From the NCBI GenBank assembly GCA_963836075.1, contig CAWIIB010000001.1, positions 832,001-896,000 of the forward strand: 64,000 nt of DNA, read 5' to 3'. The stretch comes from an uncultured Acidobacteriota bacterium (GTDB lineage: Bacteria > Acidobacteriota > JAQAZP01). The notes under the pieces were generated by a model. That model saw only the letters and a program-made list of their open reading frames with translations. It had not been told where the DNA came from and searched no databases. The translations under genes and the position numbers were made by a program. Positions 42,355 through 51,729 of this stretch are shown in pieces; position 1 is the first letter of the stretch; each line of letters begins with the position of its first letter.

Positions 42355-44802
42355 ATGAGATTTCTGACGAGAACTCTGATGGCCACCCTCTGTATGTTGA
42401 TCCTGGTGCTTCCGGCGATGGCCTCCGATACACCACTGGTGAATGCCACAACGCCGGCCACCGGTATCGCCGCCTCCCCGGCCGCCACGGTCACCATCGG
42501 TACTTTCGCGACACCGCCGAACACCGCCACCATCGATACCGAAAAGTTGCTGAACAGCTGGCAGCCCGCACCCGGCTACGAAACGCCGCGGATGCAGATG
42601 ACGAACATGGGCACCGAACAGCTGAACACCTTCCAGGGCCACGACCTCAGCTCGTTGACCAACAGGGGGGGGGGCGTGGGGAGCATCCTCTATGCACCCT
42701 CCCAACCTGACAACCCGACCTTCCGTGCGGCTGTGGCCGCCTGCTCGGGGGCGACGGTGGACTACTTCGACGCCAGCGCCGGCACCCCGGACGTGGCCCT
42801 GCTCGCCGCCTATGACTGTGTGCTGGTCTGGGGCAACTACGCCTTTGCCGACGCCTTCCTCTACGGCGACAACCTCGCGGCCTACGTGGACGGCGGGGGC
42901 AAGGTGATCCTCGGCCAGTGGTGCTACCACACCACCCAGATCAACTGGCTGGAAGGTGCGATCATGGGGATGGCCTACTGCCCCATCACCGCAAGCGCCT
43001 ACGAAAGCGGAGCCTACAACGGCGACGGCACCGATTGTGTGCATGGCGGTGTGGTCGCCTACGAATCCTCCTATTTCGACGCCTGCTCGCCGATCATCGG
43101 AGCTGCCTCCGACGGGACGTTCAGCAACCCGTCGAACAGCCTGGCCGTGGCCTGGCGGCCGGACCGCGCGGTCTATTACAGCCCGGGCAATACCGGTACC
43201 GACTACGGCACCGGTGATTGGCCCCAGCTGGTCTGCAACATGGCCATGTGCGGCGGCGGTGGCGGCTGGGGCATCCTCTACGCGCCGAGCACTGTAGACA
43301 ACCCGGACTTCCGCGCGGAACTCGCCGCCTGCACCGGGCTGAACGTCGACTACTACGACGCCAGCGCCGGCACCCCCACCATGTCCGAACTCTCAGGCTA
43401 CACCTGCGTGCTCACCTGGGCCAACTCTGCCTATGCCGACAACGTTCTCTTCGGCGACAACCTCGCGGCCTACGTGGATGGCGGCGGCAAGGTGATCCTG
43501 GGCCAGTGGACTTATGACAGCGGCCAGTTGAACGCCCTGGCCGGAGCGATCATGACCGCGGCATACTGCCCGGTCACCACCTCCACAAGTTACGACGTTG
43601 GTGCCTACAACGACGACGGCATTGACTGCGTGCACGGCGGTGTCAGCGCCTACGATACCTCGTATCTGGACGTCGCCACGGTGGTGGCCGGAGCTCTCTC
43701 TGACGGGACGTTCAGCAACCCGTCGAACAGCCTGGCCGTGGCCTGGCGGCCGGACCGCGCGGTCTACTACAGCCCGGGCAACACCGGCGGTTCTTTTGGC
43801 ACTGGACAGTGGGCCCAGCTGGTCTGCAACATGGTCTTTTGCATCGACGTCACTACCGGGGACATCCTCTACGCGCCGAGCGAAGCGGACAACCCGACCT
43901 TCCGCGCGGAAGTCGAAGCCTGCACGGGGTTGACCGTCGACTACTTCGACCCCAGAGTGGCCACCCCGGACGTGGCCCTGCTCTCGAACTACCAGTGCGT
44001 GCTCACCTGGGCCAACTGGGCCTACTTCGACAATGTCGCATTCGGCGACAACCTCGCGGCCTACGTGGACCTCGGCGGCCAGGTGATCCTCGGCCAGTGG
44101 TGCCTGCCCACCGCGGGCAACTACCTGGACGGCGCCATCATGACGCCGGCCTACTGCCCGACCACCGGAATGCCGCCCTGGGAAACCGGAACCTACAACG
44201 GCGACGGTACCGATTGCGTGTTTGGCGCAGTCACTTTCCTTGATGCCCCCTATTTCGACGCCGCTACTCTGGTGGCCGGGGCTTCCGACGGGACGTTCAA
44301 CAACCCGTCGAACAGCCTGGCCGTGGCCTGGCGCGCCGACCGGATGGTCTACTCCAGCCCGGGCAACACCGGCGGCACTTACAGCACCGGTGATTGGGCC
44401 CAGCTGGTCTGCAACATGATCGAGTGCCCGGCGGGACCCAGCGGCACCATCGCCGTGGATCTCAATGCGACGCCCGACACTGGTTTCGCACCCTTTGTCA
44501 CCGCCTTCACGACGCAGCTGACCAACCTGACCACCGAGCGCCGGCGGGCCTCCGCGAGAATCAACGTGGTCATCGCCAACGGCAACAACTACAACAACTG
44601 GAGAGCCGGGTGGACCAACCTCGACAGCATGGAGACTTTCACCAGAACCTGGCCCCAGACCATCCCGGCCCTGGCCACCGTGATCGGCACCAACACCTTC
44701 ACCCTCGAGGGTGAAGACGTGACGCCGGCGCCTTACAACCAGCCGCCCTACGCGCCTTCCGGTGACACGGACACGGACGTGCAGACCGTGATCGCCAACT
44801 AG
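42355..44802 (+). CDS. Secreted protein with three tandem Cys-rich ~196-aa repeats and a C-terminal domain
   Basis: GGAG RBS, signal peptide MRFLTRTLM..., repeats ILYAPS..DNP.FRA...GDNLAAYVD.GG.VILGQW...W.QLVCNM. Confidence 0.9.
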   Translation: MRFLTRTLMATLCMLILVLPAMASDTPLVNATTPATGIAASPAATVTIGTFATPPNTATIDTEKLLNSWQPAPGYETPRMQMTNMGTEQLNTFQGHDLSSLTNRGGGVGSILYAPSQPDNPTFRAAVAACSGATVDYFDASAGTPDVALLAAYDCVLVWGNYAFADAFLYGDNLAAYVDGGGKVILGQWCYHTTQINWLEGAIMGMAYCPITASAYESGAYNGDGTDCVHGGVVAYESSYFDACSPIIGAASDGTFSNPSNSLAVAWRPDRAVYYSPGNTGTDYGTGDWPQLVCNMAMCGGGGGWGILYAPSTVDNPDFRAELAACTGLNVDYYDASAGTPTMSELSGYTCVLTWANSAYADNVLFGDNLAAYVDGGGKVILGQWTYDSGQLNALAGAIMTAAYCPVTTSTSYDVGAYNDDGIDCVHGGVSAYDTSYLDVATVVAGALSDGTFSNPSNSLAVAWRPDRAVYYSPGNTGGSFGTGQWAQLVCNMVFCIDVTTGDILYAPSEADNPTFRAEVEACTGLTVDYFDPRVATPDVALLSNYQCVLTWANWAYFDNVAFGDNLAAYVDLGGQVILGQWCLPTAGNYLDGAIMTPAYCPTTGMPPWETGTYNGDGTDCVFGAVTFLDAPYFDAATLVAGASDGTFNNPSNSLAVAWRADRMVYSSPGNTGGTYSTGDWAQLVCNMIECPAGPSGTIAVDLNATPDTGFAPFVTAFTTQLTNLTTERRRASARINVVIANGNNYNNWRAGWTNLDSMETFTRTWPQTIPALATVIGTNTFTLEGEDVTPAPYNQPPYAPSGDTDTDVQTVIAN
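42685..44430 (+). repeat. Three intragenic tandem repeats
   Basis: Units start at 42685, 43273 and 43864 (periods 588 and 591 nt) and share long identical DNA blocks. Confidence 0.95.
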
Positions 44803-44832
44803 GCAACTGGTTGCCGGACGGTAGCCAGACGT

Positions 44833-44875
44833 AAAAAGGGGGTTTCAGCATTTCGCTGAAACCCCCCGTTTTTTT
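44833..44875. terminator. Bidirectional rho-independent terminator
   Basis: A5-GGGGGTTTCAGC-ATTTC-GCTGAAACCCCC-CG-T7 between the convergent CDS and tRNA. Confidence 0.9.
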
Positions 44876-44876
44876 C

Positions 44877-44951
<75 letters not shown>

Positions 44952-45124
44952 CCGAGTGTTCGATTGCGGACCGCTGAGCTTCAGGCCGCAAAACGCGGCT
45001 CAATCTGCCATAACCTGCTGCTGAAAGTCAACCCACCACATGAAACCCGCCCGATTTGCCGTGGACCCACTGCTTTCCATGGCCCGGCCGGCCGGAAACG
45101 ACGGATTCCACGAGATTTCCGGCC

Positions 45125-45172
45125 ATACCATATCTTGGGGTATTACCCGGGGCGGTACACCAGAAATTGTGT
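45125..45172. promoter_or_regulatory. Tandem NrdR-box-like sites upstream of smc
   Basis: ATACCATATCTTGGGG (45125) and ACACCAGAAATTGTGT (45157), 32 bp apart. Confidence 0.6.
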
Positions 45173-45273
45173 AATTATCTTTACAGTGGCCGGTGGACCA
45201 TGTTAGGATGTCGCCACTGTACACGTGTCTCTTCACGTCCCGATTACAAGAGATTTTGGGAGTTTAGCGTTCA

Positions 45274-48200
45274 ATGCCCTACAAGCTGGATAAAATGGAG
45301 ATCAACGGTTTCAAGTCCTTTTTCTCCAAGTCCGAACTGACCTTTCCCAGCAACATCACCGCCGTGGTGGGCCCCAATGGCTGCGGCAAGAGCAATATCA
45401 GCGACGCCGTGAGCTGGGTGCTGGGCGAACAGAGCCCCAAATCCCTCCGTGGCAACAAGATGGAAGACGTGATCTTCAACGGCACCCAGACCCAGCAACC
45501 GCTGGGCATGGCCCACGTCACCCTGGTCCTCTCCCCCACCGACGGCCCCGAGGATCAGAACGGCCACCGCCAGGTGGAGATCACCCGCAAGCTCTTTCGT
45601 TCCGGCGACAGCGAGTATCTGCTGAACAACCGGCGGGTGCGGCTGAAGGACCTCCGCGACCTGCTCTTCGGCGAGGGGATGGGCAACGCCGACACCGCCG
45701 TCATCGAACAGGGGCGGGTGCACCAGATCATCAGCAACAAGAGCCAGGAGCGTCGCTCGCTGATCGAGAACGCCGCCGGCGTTTCACAATACAAGATCAA
45801 GAGGCGGCTGGCCGAGGGCCGGCTGGCCGCGGCCAAGACCAACCTGGTCACCGTGGGCACCCTGGCCAACGAACTGGAGCGCCAGTTGCGGTCGCTCAAG
45901 CGCCAGGCCGGCGCCGCCCGCCGCTACGGCGGCATTGTGGAGCAGTTCAACAACGCCAAGAAACTGGCCCTGGGAATCGACCATGCGCGGCACATTCGCG
46001 AGCGTGACCGGCTGCTGCGCGAGCGCGAGGAAGCCGAACGGGAGCTGGCCGCGGTGTCCGGCGCCCTGGCCCGGCGGGAGACCCGGCTGGAGGAAGGCCG
46101 CGGAACCCTCGAGGAAAAGCAGGCGCTGCTGCTCAGCGAGCGCGAGCGGGCCCACGCCGAGGAAGTGAAAATCGAACGGCTGGAGACCAGCGCGGCGGCC
46201 ATGGGTGAGTCACTGGAGGTGTCCGCCCAGCGACAGAAAGAGCTGGAAGAAGAGACCACCCGGCTGGAAGAGGCGCAGGCCGACACCCTGAAACAGATCG
46301 AAGGGGCCAGACTGCTCGCCGGAGAACTGGAACGGGAACTGCAGACTCTCACCGACGAGGCGGCCCGGCGACAGGAAGCCCACGGGGCAGCCCTTGAAGC
46401 GGTGGAGGAGATGACCGCGCGGCGCAACAGCCACGCCACCCAGCGCATGGAAGCCATGGACCAGTTGCTGGCCAGCAAGAACCAGCTTCGCGGTCTGGAG
46501 AGGGACTGCGCTTCCATCACCACCGAACTGGAGGCTCTGGAACGGCGGATGGCCGAGCTGGACCAGGAGCACGGTCCGCTGGGCCGCCAGCAGGAAGAGA
46601 ACCGTCAGGCCGCGGCCCACCTGGCCGCACTGATCGGCGGCCATGGGGCCGAGGAGCAACGTCTCTCCTCGCTGTCCGAGGCGGCCGAGGAACGCCGCTC
46701 CGATCTCGGCACACGCCTGCAGACGGCGCAGGGACGCCGTGCTTCCCTCGACGAACAGTTCCGGGCGGTGGAACGGATGGTGGAAGAACGCCTGGGCTTC
46801 TCATCCAGCGTCCAGCGCCTGCTCACCACTGCCCCACCGGAGCTGACCGGGCGGATCAAGGGCCCCCTGGCCGACTTCATCAAGGTGGAGAAGAGTGACG
46901 AACGCCGGGTGGAGCGGTTTCTTGGCGACAAGCTGGAATGGATCCTGGTGCAGGACGGCCAGACGGCCCGGGAGATCAGGGACTGGATGGGATCGGCCGG
47001 GCTGCCCGGCCCCTGCACGCTGCTGCCCCTGGACGCCGCGGATGCTGTCGTCCCGCCGGAGGCTGACGCTCTGGAACCGCTGCTCCGCCGGGTATCGATT
47101 CCCGAGTTCTGCCGCCGGGCGGTCACCCCGCTGCTCTCCCGGGTCTACCTGGTTGACTCCATCGGCGATGGCCTGGAAGCCGCAACCCGGGTGCCCGGGG
47201 CCACCTTCCTCACACCCGAGGGAGACTGTCTGTCGCCGGCGGGGTCGATCACCTGCTGGGGCACACGTGGTGAAGAGGCCCTCCAGGAAGAGGCCGGGGA
47301 CGGCCCGCTGGCCCTGCGCCGCCGCGCCCGGGAACTGGACACCGAACGGACCAGGGCGGCGGAAGAGGAAGCCCGGCTGTCTGCCGAGCTGGAGTCCGTG
47401 GGAAGCGAAGCGGCCCGTCTGATCAGTGAGCTGGCCGCGGTGAACATCCAGCTCAAGCAGAGCCAGGACCAGCGTTTCCAGGTGCAGCACGACGGCGAAC
47501 GCCTGAAGGCGGCGCTGGAGGAGAACCGCCGGCAGCACCGCAGCCAGACAGACGCGTCGGCCCGCCTCAATGCCGACCTGGCGGGGCTGCGCCAGGAAGA
47601 GGAAAACCTGAAGCAGCAGTCGGCTGCACTGGTGGAGAACCTGGAGCGGCTCAATGAAGAAGGCGAGGAAATCCACCGCCGCGAGGCCGAGCTCCGCGGC
47701 CGGCAGGAAAACGTCCGGGCCGAACTGGAGGAGACCCGCACCCTGCTGGCCGCCTGCCGCGAAAAACTGGAGGGGGCCAAACGGACCCGGCAAGGTCTGG
47801 CGACGGCACGGGAGGACCTGATCCAGCGCACCGACCGCACCCAGACAGCGCGCACGGCCGAACTAAAGAAACAGGAATCCCTCAGGATATCGATCAGCGA
47901 AGCCGGAGAAACCAGGGGCGCGCACCTGGAAACCCTCGACGTCCTGCGCAAGAAGGTCAACGGGGCGGAGCAGGCCTGCAACCAGCTGGCCCGCGATACC
48001 TCCCTCCTCGGTTCCGAGGTGAAGAATATCCGCAGGGACGTGGACACGGCACGGGAGAAGAAAGAGGCCTTTGACATCCAGTTGACCCGGACCAACTCCG
48101 AAATCGGGTTCTTCGAGGCGGACCACCAGGAGACCTTTGGCCAGCCGCTGGAGGCCATCCCGCCCTGGGAACTGGCCAAGATCGAGACCGAAGCGGTGGG

Positions 48201-48969
48201 TGACCCCCTGGTCACCGCGCGTGGAGAAGCGGAGAAGCTGCAGGCTCGGCTGCAGCGGATGGGCCAGGTGAACATGAGGGCCATCGAGGAGTGCGACTCG
48301 GTGGAAACGCGGTTCCGGTTCGTCAGCGAGCAGAAAACCGACATCGAGGAGTCCATCGCCTCGCTGGAAAAGACGATCAAGAAGATCAACGTCACCTCCC
48401 GCAAGCGCTTTCTCGACGCCCTGCACCAGATCAACGAATCGTTTGAGACCACCTTCAGTGATTTCTTCGGCGGCGGCACGGCCACCATTGCCCTGCCCGA
48501 GGGCGCCGATCCGCTGGAGTCCGACATCGAGATCACCGCCCGCCCGCCGGGCAAGAAGAACCAGAATGTGCTCCAGTTGTCGGGCGGCGAGAAAGCCCTC
48601 ACCGCCATCGCCTTCCTCTTCTCCGTGATCAAGTACCGGCCCACCCCCTTCTGCATCCTCGACGAGGTGGACGCGGCCCTGGACGACGCCAATGTCGACC
48701 GCTTCCTCAACCTGATGAAGGAGATGTCGAAGGAGACGCAGTTCATCCTGATCACCCACAACAAGGTGACCATGGAGAGCGCCGACCTGCTGTACGGTGT
48801 GACCATGGAAGAGCCGGGGATCAGCAAGCTGGTATCGGTGAGCCTCAACGGCCACGGTGGAAACGGTTCGCGCAAGCCCGGGCCGGGGGACGTATCGGGA
48901 TCGGGCGAGTGGGTGGGCCCGCTGCCTGAATCGGGCGAAACACTAATCGAACCTCACCTCAGGGCGTAA
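45274..48969 (+). CDS. smc: Chromosome segregation protein SMC
   Basis: GFKSF, GPNGCGKSN, long coiled coils with central hinge, LSGGEK, LDEVDAALD, ITH. Confidence 0.97.
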   Translation: MPYKLDKMEINGFKSFFSKSELTFPSNITAVVGPNGCGKSNISDAVSWVLGEQSPKSLRGNKMEDVIFNGTQTQQPLGMAHVTLVLSPTDGPEDQNGHRQVEITRKLFRSGDSEYLLNNRRVRLKDLRDLLFGEGMGNADTAVIEQGRVHQIISNKSQERRSLIENAAGVSQYKIKRRLAEGRLAAAKTNLVTVGTLANELERQLRSLKRQAGAARRYGGIVEQFNNAKKLALGIDHARHIRERDRLLREREEAERELAAVSGALARRETRLEEGRGTLEEKQALLLSERERAHAEEVKIERLETSAAAMGESLEVSAQRQKELEEETTRLEEAQADTLKQIEGARLLAGELERELQTLTDEAARRQEAHGAALEAVEEMTARRNSHATQRMEAMDQLLASKNQLRGLERDCASITTELEALERRMAELDQEHGPLGRQQEENRQAAAHLAALIGGHGAEEQRLSSLSEAAEERRSDLGTRLQTAQGRRASLDEQFRAVERMVEERLGFSSSVQRLLTTAPPELTGRIKGPLADFIKVEKSDERRVERFLGDKLEWILVQDGQTAREIRDWMGSAGLPGPCTLLPLDAADAVVPPEADALEPLLRRVSIPEFCRRAVTPLLSRVYLVDSIGDGLEAATRVPGATFLTPEGDCLSPAGSITCWGTRGEEALQEEAGDGPLALRRRARELDTERTRAAEEEARLSAELESVGSEAARLISELAAVNIQLKQSQDQRFQVQHDGERLKAALEENRRQHRSQTDASARLNADLAGLRQEEENLKQQSAALVENLERLNEEGEEIHRREAELRGRQENVRAELEETRTLLAACREKLEGAKRTRQGLATAREDLIQRTDRTQTARTAELKKQESLRISISEAGETRGAHLETLDVLRKKVNGAEQACNQLARDTSLLGSEVKNIRRDVDTAREKKEAFDIQLTRTNSEIGFFEADHQETFGQPLEAIPPWELAKIETEAVGDPLVTARGEAEKLQARLQRMGQVNMRAIEECDSVETRFRFVSEQKTDIEESIASLEKTIKKINVTSRKRFLDALHQINESFETTFSDFFGGGTATIALPEGADPLESDIEITARPPGKKNQNVLQLSGGEKALTAIAFLFSVIKYRPTPFCILDEVDAALDDANVDRFLNLMKEMSKETQFILITHNKVTMESADLLYGVTMEEPGISKLVSVSLNGHGGNGSRKPGPGDVSGSGEWVGPLPESGETLIEPHLRA

Positions 48970-50198
48970 TACCCCTCGCGGGCCTTCACCGTGTATTTCT
49001 CGCCCGGCACGCTGACCGCGATGCGCCGCCACCTGCCGTCCCGCCGCTGGTTTGACGACGAGTAGTAGATCGAGTACTGGTGCTTCAGCTCGTCGGCCAC
49101 CCGGTCATAGAATCCCGACAGTTCGCGCGCCCGGCGGGGGAAGTAGGCGTTGCCCCCGGTGCGCCGGGCCAGCAGCGCCAGCTGCTCCTCGAGGCTGGTA
49201 CCGTCGATGATGCTGCGGTGGTGAATTTCCCGGCCCAGCCCGATGACGAAAACCGCCACGTCGGAACGGAGAGCATGTTCCAGGGACTGGTGAAAGGTGT
49301 GGCTGCTGCCTGGTGAAAGTCCGTCGAAGCTCTCGTCACGGCCGTCGCTGAGCAGCAGGATCGCCTTGCGGCCCGAATCACGGCCCAGCAGGTCCACGGC
49401 CTGGTAGAGCGCATCGTAGAGCGCGGTTCCCCGGCCGATATCCAGCGACGTGATGGCCTGCTGGAGTTCCGCCGGCTGATTGGTGAAGGGGCAGGCGCGG
49501 TTCACCGTCTCGTGGAAGCCGAGAACGGTGAAGCTGTCCTCGACACTCACCGTCTCGGCGAAACGGGAGGCGGCGGTGCGGGCCAGCTCGATCTTCTCCT
49601 TGGCCTGGTCGGTGCGGGCCATGCTCTGGCTGCAGTCCAGAAGCATCACCAGCCGCAGCGGTTTGTCCTCGGCGCTGAAGTGGGTGATCTCCTGGGACTT
49701 GCCATCTTCGGCCAGCAGCAGATCATCCTCGGTCAGCTGGTCGACGAAATGGCCGCGGCGGTCGGTGACGGTGGCGTAGACCTCCACCAGGCGCACTTCG
49801 GAGGCATAGTCGATCTGGAGCGGACGGCTGCGGACGCTGGCATCGGCCCAGTTTCCCTGGCTGTCCAGTGCCTGGACCTCGATCAGAGTCTCGTAGAGCA
49901 TTTTTTCACCGGGCATCCAGTCCAGCGAAAATGGCGCCTCGTCATCCACCCCGATCAGTTCACCATCAGCGAAGAACTCCACCCGCACCACCGTGACCCC
50001 CTCGGCCGGCTGAACTTCCGCTTCGATCCGGCTCTCCTCTTCCAACAGCTGTCCGTTGAGCGGGCGGAGGATAATTACCCTGGAGCCCTGCATTGCCTGG
50101 AGCGCCGGGGAGAGAATCGTGGCCGCCGCCAGCAGGATGACAATGGCCGCCAGAACAGCGGCCGGTTGGACTGTGGGTCTGTCTGCTTGGCTCATCAT
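48954..50198 (-). CDS. Secreted Ig-like plus VWA domain protein
   Basis: VEFFADGELIG (Ig), VYATVTDRRG, MIDAS DCSQS, TALYDA, LLSDGRD, DGRWRRI, AREGYYA. Start is approximate. Confidence 0.88.
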   Translation of the reverse strand: MMSQADRPTVQPAAVLAAIVILLAAATILSPALQAMQGSRVIILRPLNGQLLEEESRIEAEVQPAEGVTVVRVEFFADGELIGVDDEAPFSLDWMPGEKMLYETLIEVQALDSQGNWADASVRSRPLQIDYASEVRLVEVYATVTDRRGHFVDQLTEDDLLLAEDGKSQEITHFSAEDKPLRLVMLLDCSQSMARTDQAKEKIELARTAASRFAETVSVEDSFTVLGFHETVNRACPFTNQPAELQQAITSLDIGRGTALYDALYQAVDLLGRDSGRKAILLLSDGRDESFDGLSPGSSHTFHQSLEHALRSDVAVFVIGLGREIHHRSIIDGTSLEEQLALLARRTGGNAYFPRRARELSGFYDRVADELKHQYSIYYSSSNQRRDGRWRRIAVSVPGEKYTVKAREGYYALR

Positions 50199-50337
50199 CT
50201 CCGCTGCCGGGCCCTTCGCCCGAAGGTTGCCGGTCACCCCGTTGCCGCTGCCTTGATGGGCAACGGCGATTCATCTATCATAAACGCCGCCACTGCAGCG
50301 CCGGTTCGATTTTTACCGGCCGGCGGGGAGGAAGAGC

Positions 50338-50601
50338 ATGAGCGAACAGCCTGAGCCGGGGAACTATTCCGATGCCGGTAGTACCCCCGGGACGCAGCCG
50401 GAGAGCGGATCTCGCCGGCGAATCTGGATCTCCCTGGTGGTGCTCTACATTTCGGCGGGTTTTCTGCTCACCTTCACCTTGCGTACGCAGTGGATCATGC
50501 CCGTCCCCGGGCACACCGACTTTCTTGACGCCCTGCTCAACCCCCGGATCTATCTCAGCGCCCTGTTCTGGCCCTTCTGGCTGATCTGGGGCCTGTTTTA
50601 G
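50338..50601 (+). CDS. Small two-TM membrane protein
   Basis: GGAGG RBS and two hydrophobic segments. Confidence 0.55.
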   Translation: MSEQPEPGNYSDAGSTPGTQPESGSRRRIWISLVVLYISAGFLLTFTLRTQWIMPVPGHTDFLDALLNPRIYLSALFWPFWLIWGLF

Positions 50602-51530
50602 AGGGATACCTCAGCCCAGCGGCCGCCCTCCGGTGACATTCGCCCCAGACCCCGCTGGTGAGCCTTGACGATGAAATCCAGCGAGCCGGGCTCCAGTCCG
50701 AACAGCCCGGCCGCCGCCGCATCTGCGGCCACCTGGTCGGTGCTGGCCACCAGGGTGTTGATCTGCTCCACATCCTTGACGTTCCCGCCCTGGGGCCCGT
50801 TCCGCTTGAGAATCCGCACCGCATCCACCACCACCAGCCGGGGCTGGAAGTAGGCGGCCATATCGGCGATGGTGGTACTGATGTTCTGGTGCAGGTGCTG
50901 CCGGCGGCCCCCCACGGCTCCGAACCAGTTCTTCATCCCCAGGGAGAGTTTGGTCAGCGAATGGTGCTTGGCCACCGGAACATTGATCAGGCAGTCCGCC
51001 TCGAGCACCGGTCGGGCGGCCATCCAGCGGCCGATCACCTCCCCTTTCATATCCACTTCCACGTAGTCCCGGGGCACCAGCGGCCTCAGTTCGGCACCCT
51101 GCTCGCGGCAGACCGCCTCGATCCCGCTGCGGGCGTAACAGCGCCGCTGGTCATTGCAGGTGTTGTCCAGCACGGTCACCGACGCGGCGCCGGCTTCCTG
51201 GCAGTGCCGGATCAGGCTCTGCACAACCTGCGGATTGGTATTGGCCCCCTGCTCGGGAATGCGGTCCCAGCCGATGTTCGGCTTGAGCACCACCTTGTCC
51301 CCCTTGGAGACAAAACGCCCCATCCCGCCGAGGCTTTCCAGGGCGGTCTTCACCAGCCGCAGGGGAGAGCCGCCGCGCACGGTCACCAGGTCCGGCCAAT
51401 CACCGGCGGCCGCCGGTGCTCCGCCCTCCCCCGCCCGCAGTGGACGGCCCCGCAAGGGACCGCCGCCCACCAGGCTCAGCAGTCCGGCGCCGGCCACGGT
51501 GCGAATAAAATCTCTTCTTTCGTTTCCCAC
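50598..51530 (-). CDS. Tat-exported DUF362 protein
   Basis: ERRDFIR twin-arginine signal, VVLKPNIGW, NTNP, INVPVAKHH, LGMKNWFG, NGPQGG. Confidence 0.88.
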   Translation of the reverse strand: MGNERRDFIRTVAGAGLLSLVGGGPLRGRPLRAGEGGAPAAAGDWPDLVTVRGGSPLRLVKTALESLGGMGRFVSKGDKVVLKPNIGWDRIPEQGANTNPQVVQSLIRHCQEAGAASVTVLDNTCNDQRRCYARSGIEAVCREQGAELRPLVPRDYVEVDMKGEVIGRWMAARPVLEADCLINVPVAKHHSLTKLSLGMKNWFGAVGGRRQHLHQNISTTIADMAAYFQPRLVVVDAVRILKRNGPQGGNVKDVEQINTLVASTDQVAADAAAAGLFGLEPGSLDFIVKAHQRGLGRMSPEGGRWAEVSL

Positions 51531-51640
51531 GATTACCTCCCTCACCAGGATCTTCTCCAATGGTCTTCAATCTGTCATCATTTGATGTCCAATTGTAGCA
51601 CAGCGGCGCCGCCAACCTGCCAGGACAAAGGCGTTGCGCA

Positions 51641-51669
51641 TTGACTCCCCCGGGGCGAGTTGCTAATAT
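51641..51669 (+). promoter_or_regulatory. Sigma70-like promoter
   Basis: TTGACT-N17-TAATAT with TGn. Confidence 0.55.
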
Positions 51670-51729
51670 CCGACTCCGTCAACCGGCGGTCATTCCGCCC
51701 ATAACACACCTTTGCGGAGCATCCGGAGA

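Noticed and set aside
42685-44430. CRISPR array or DGR template/variable repeats
   Set aside because: The repeats are ~590-nt in-frame coding units, differences are not adenine-specific, and there are no cas or reverse transcriptase genes.
48954-48969. Convergent gene overlaps (also 23625-23642 and 50598-50601)
   Set aside because: Short tail-to-tail overlaps are common in GC-rich compact genomes and there is no evidence of function.
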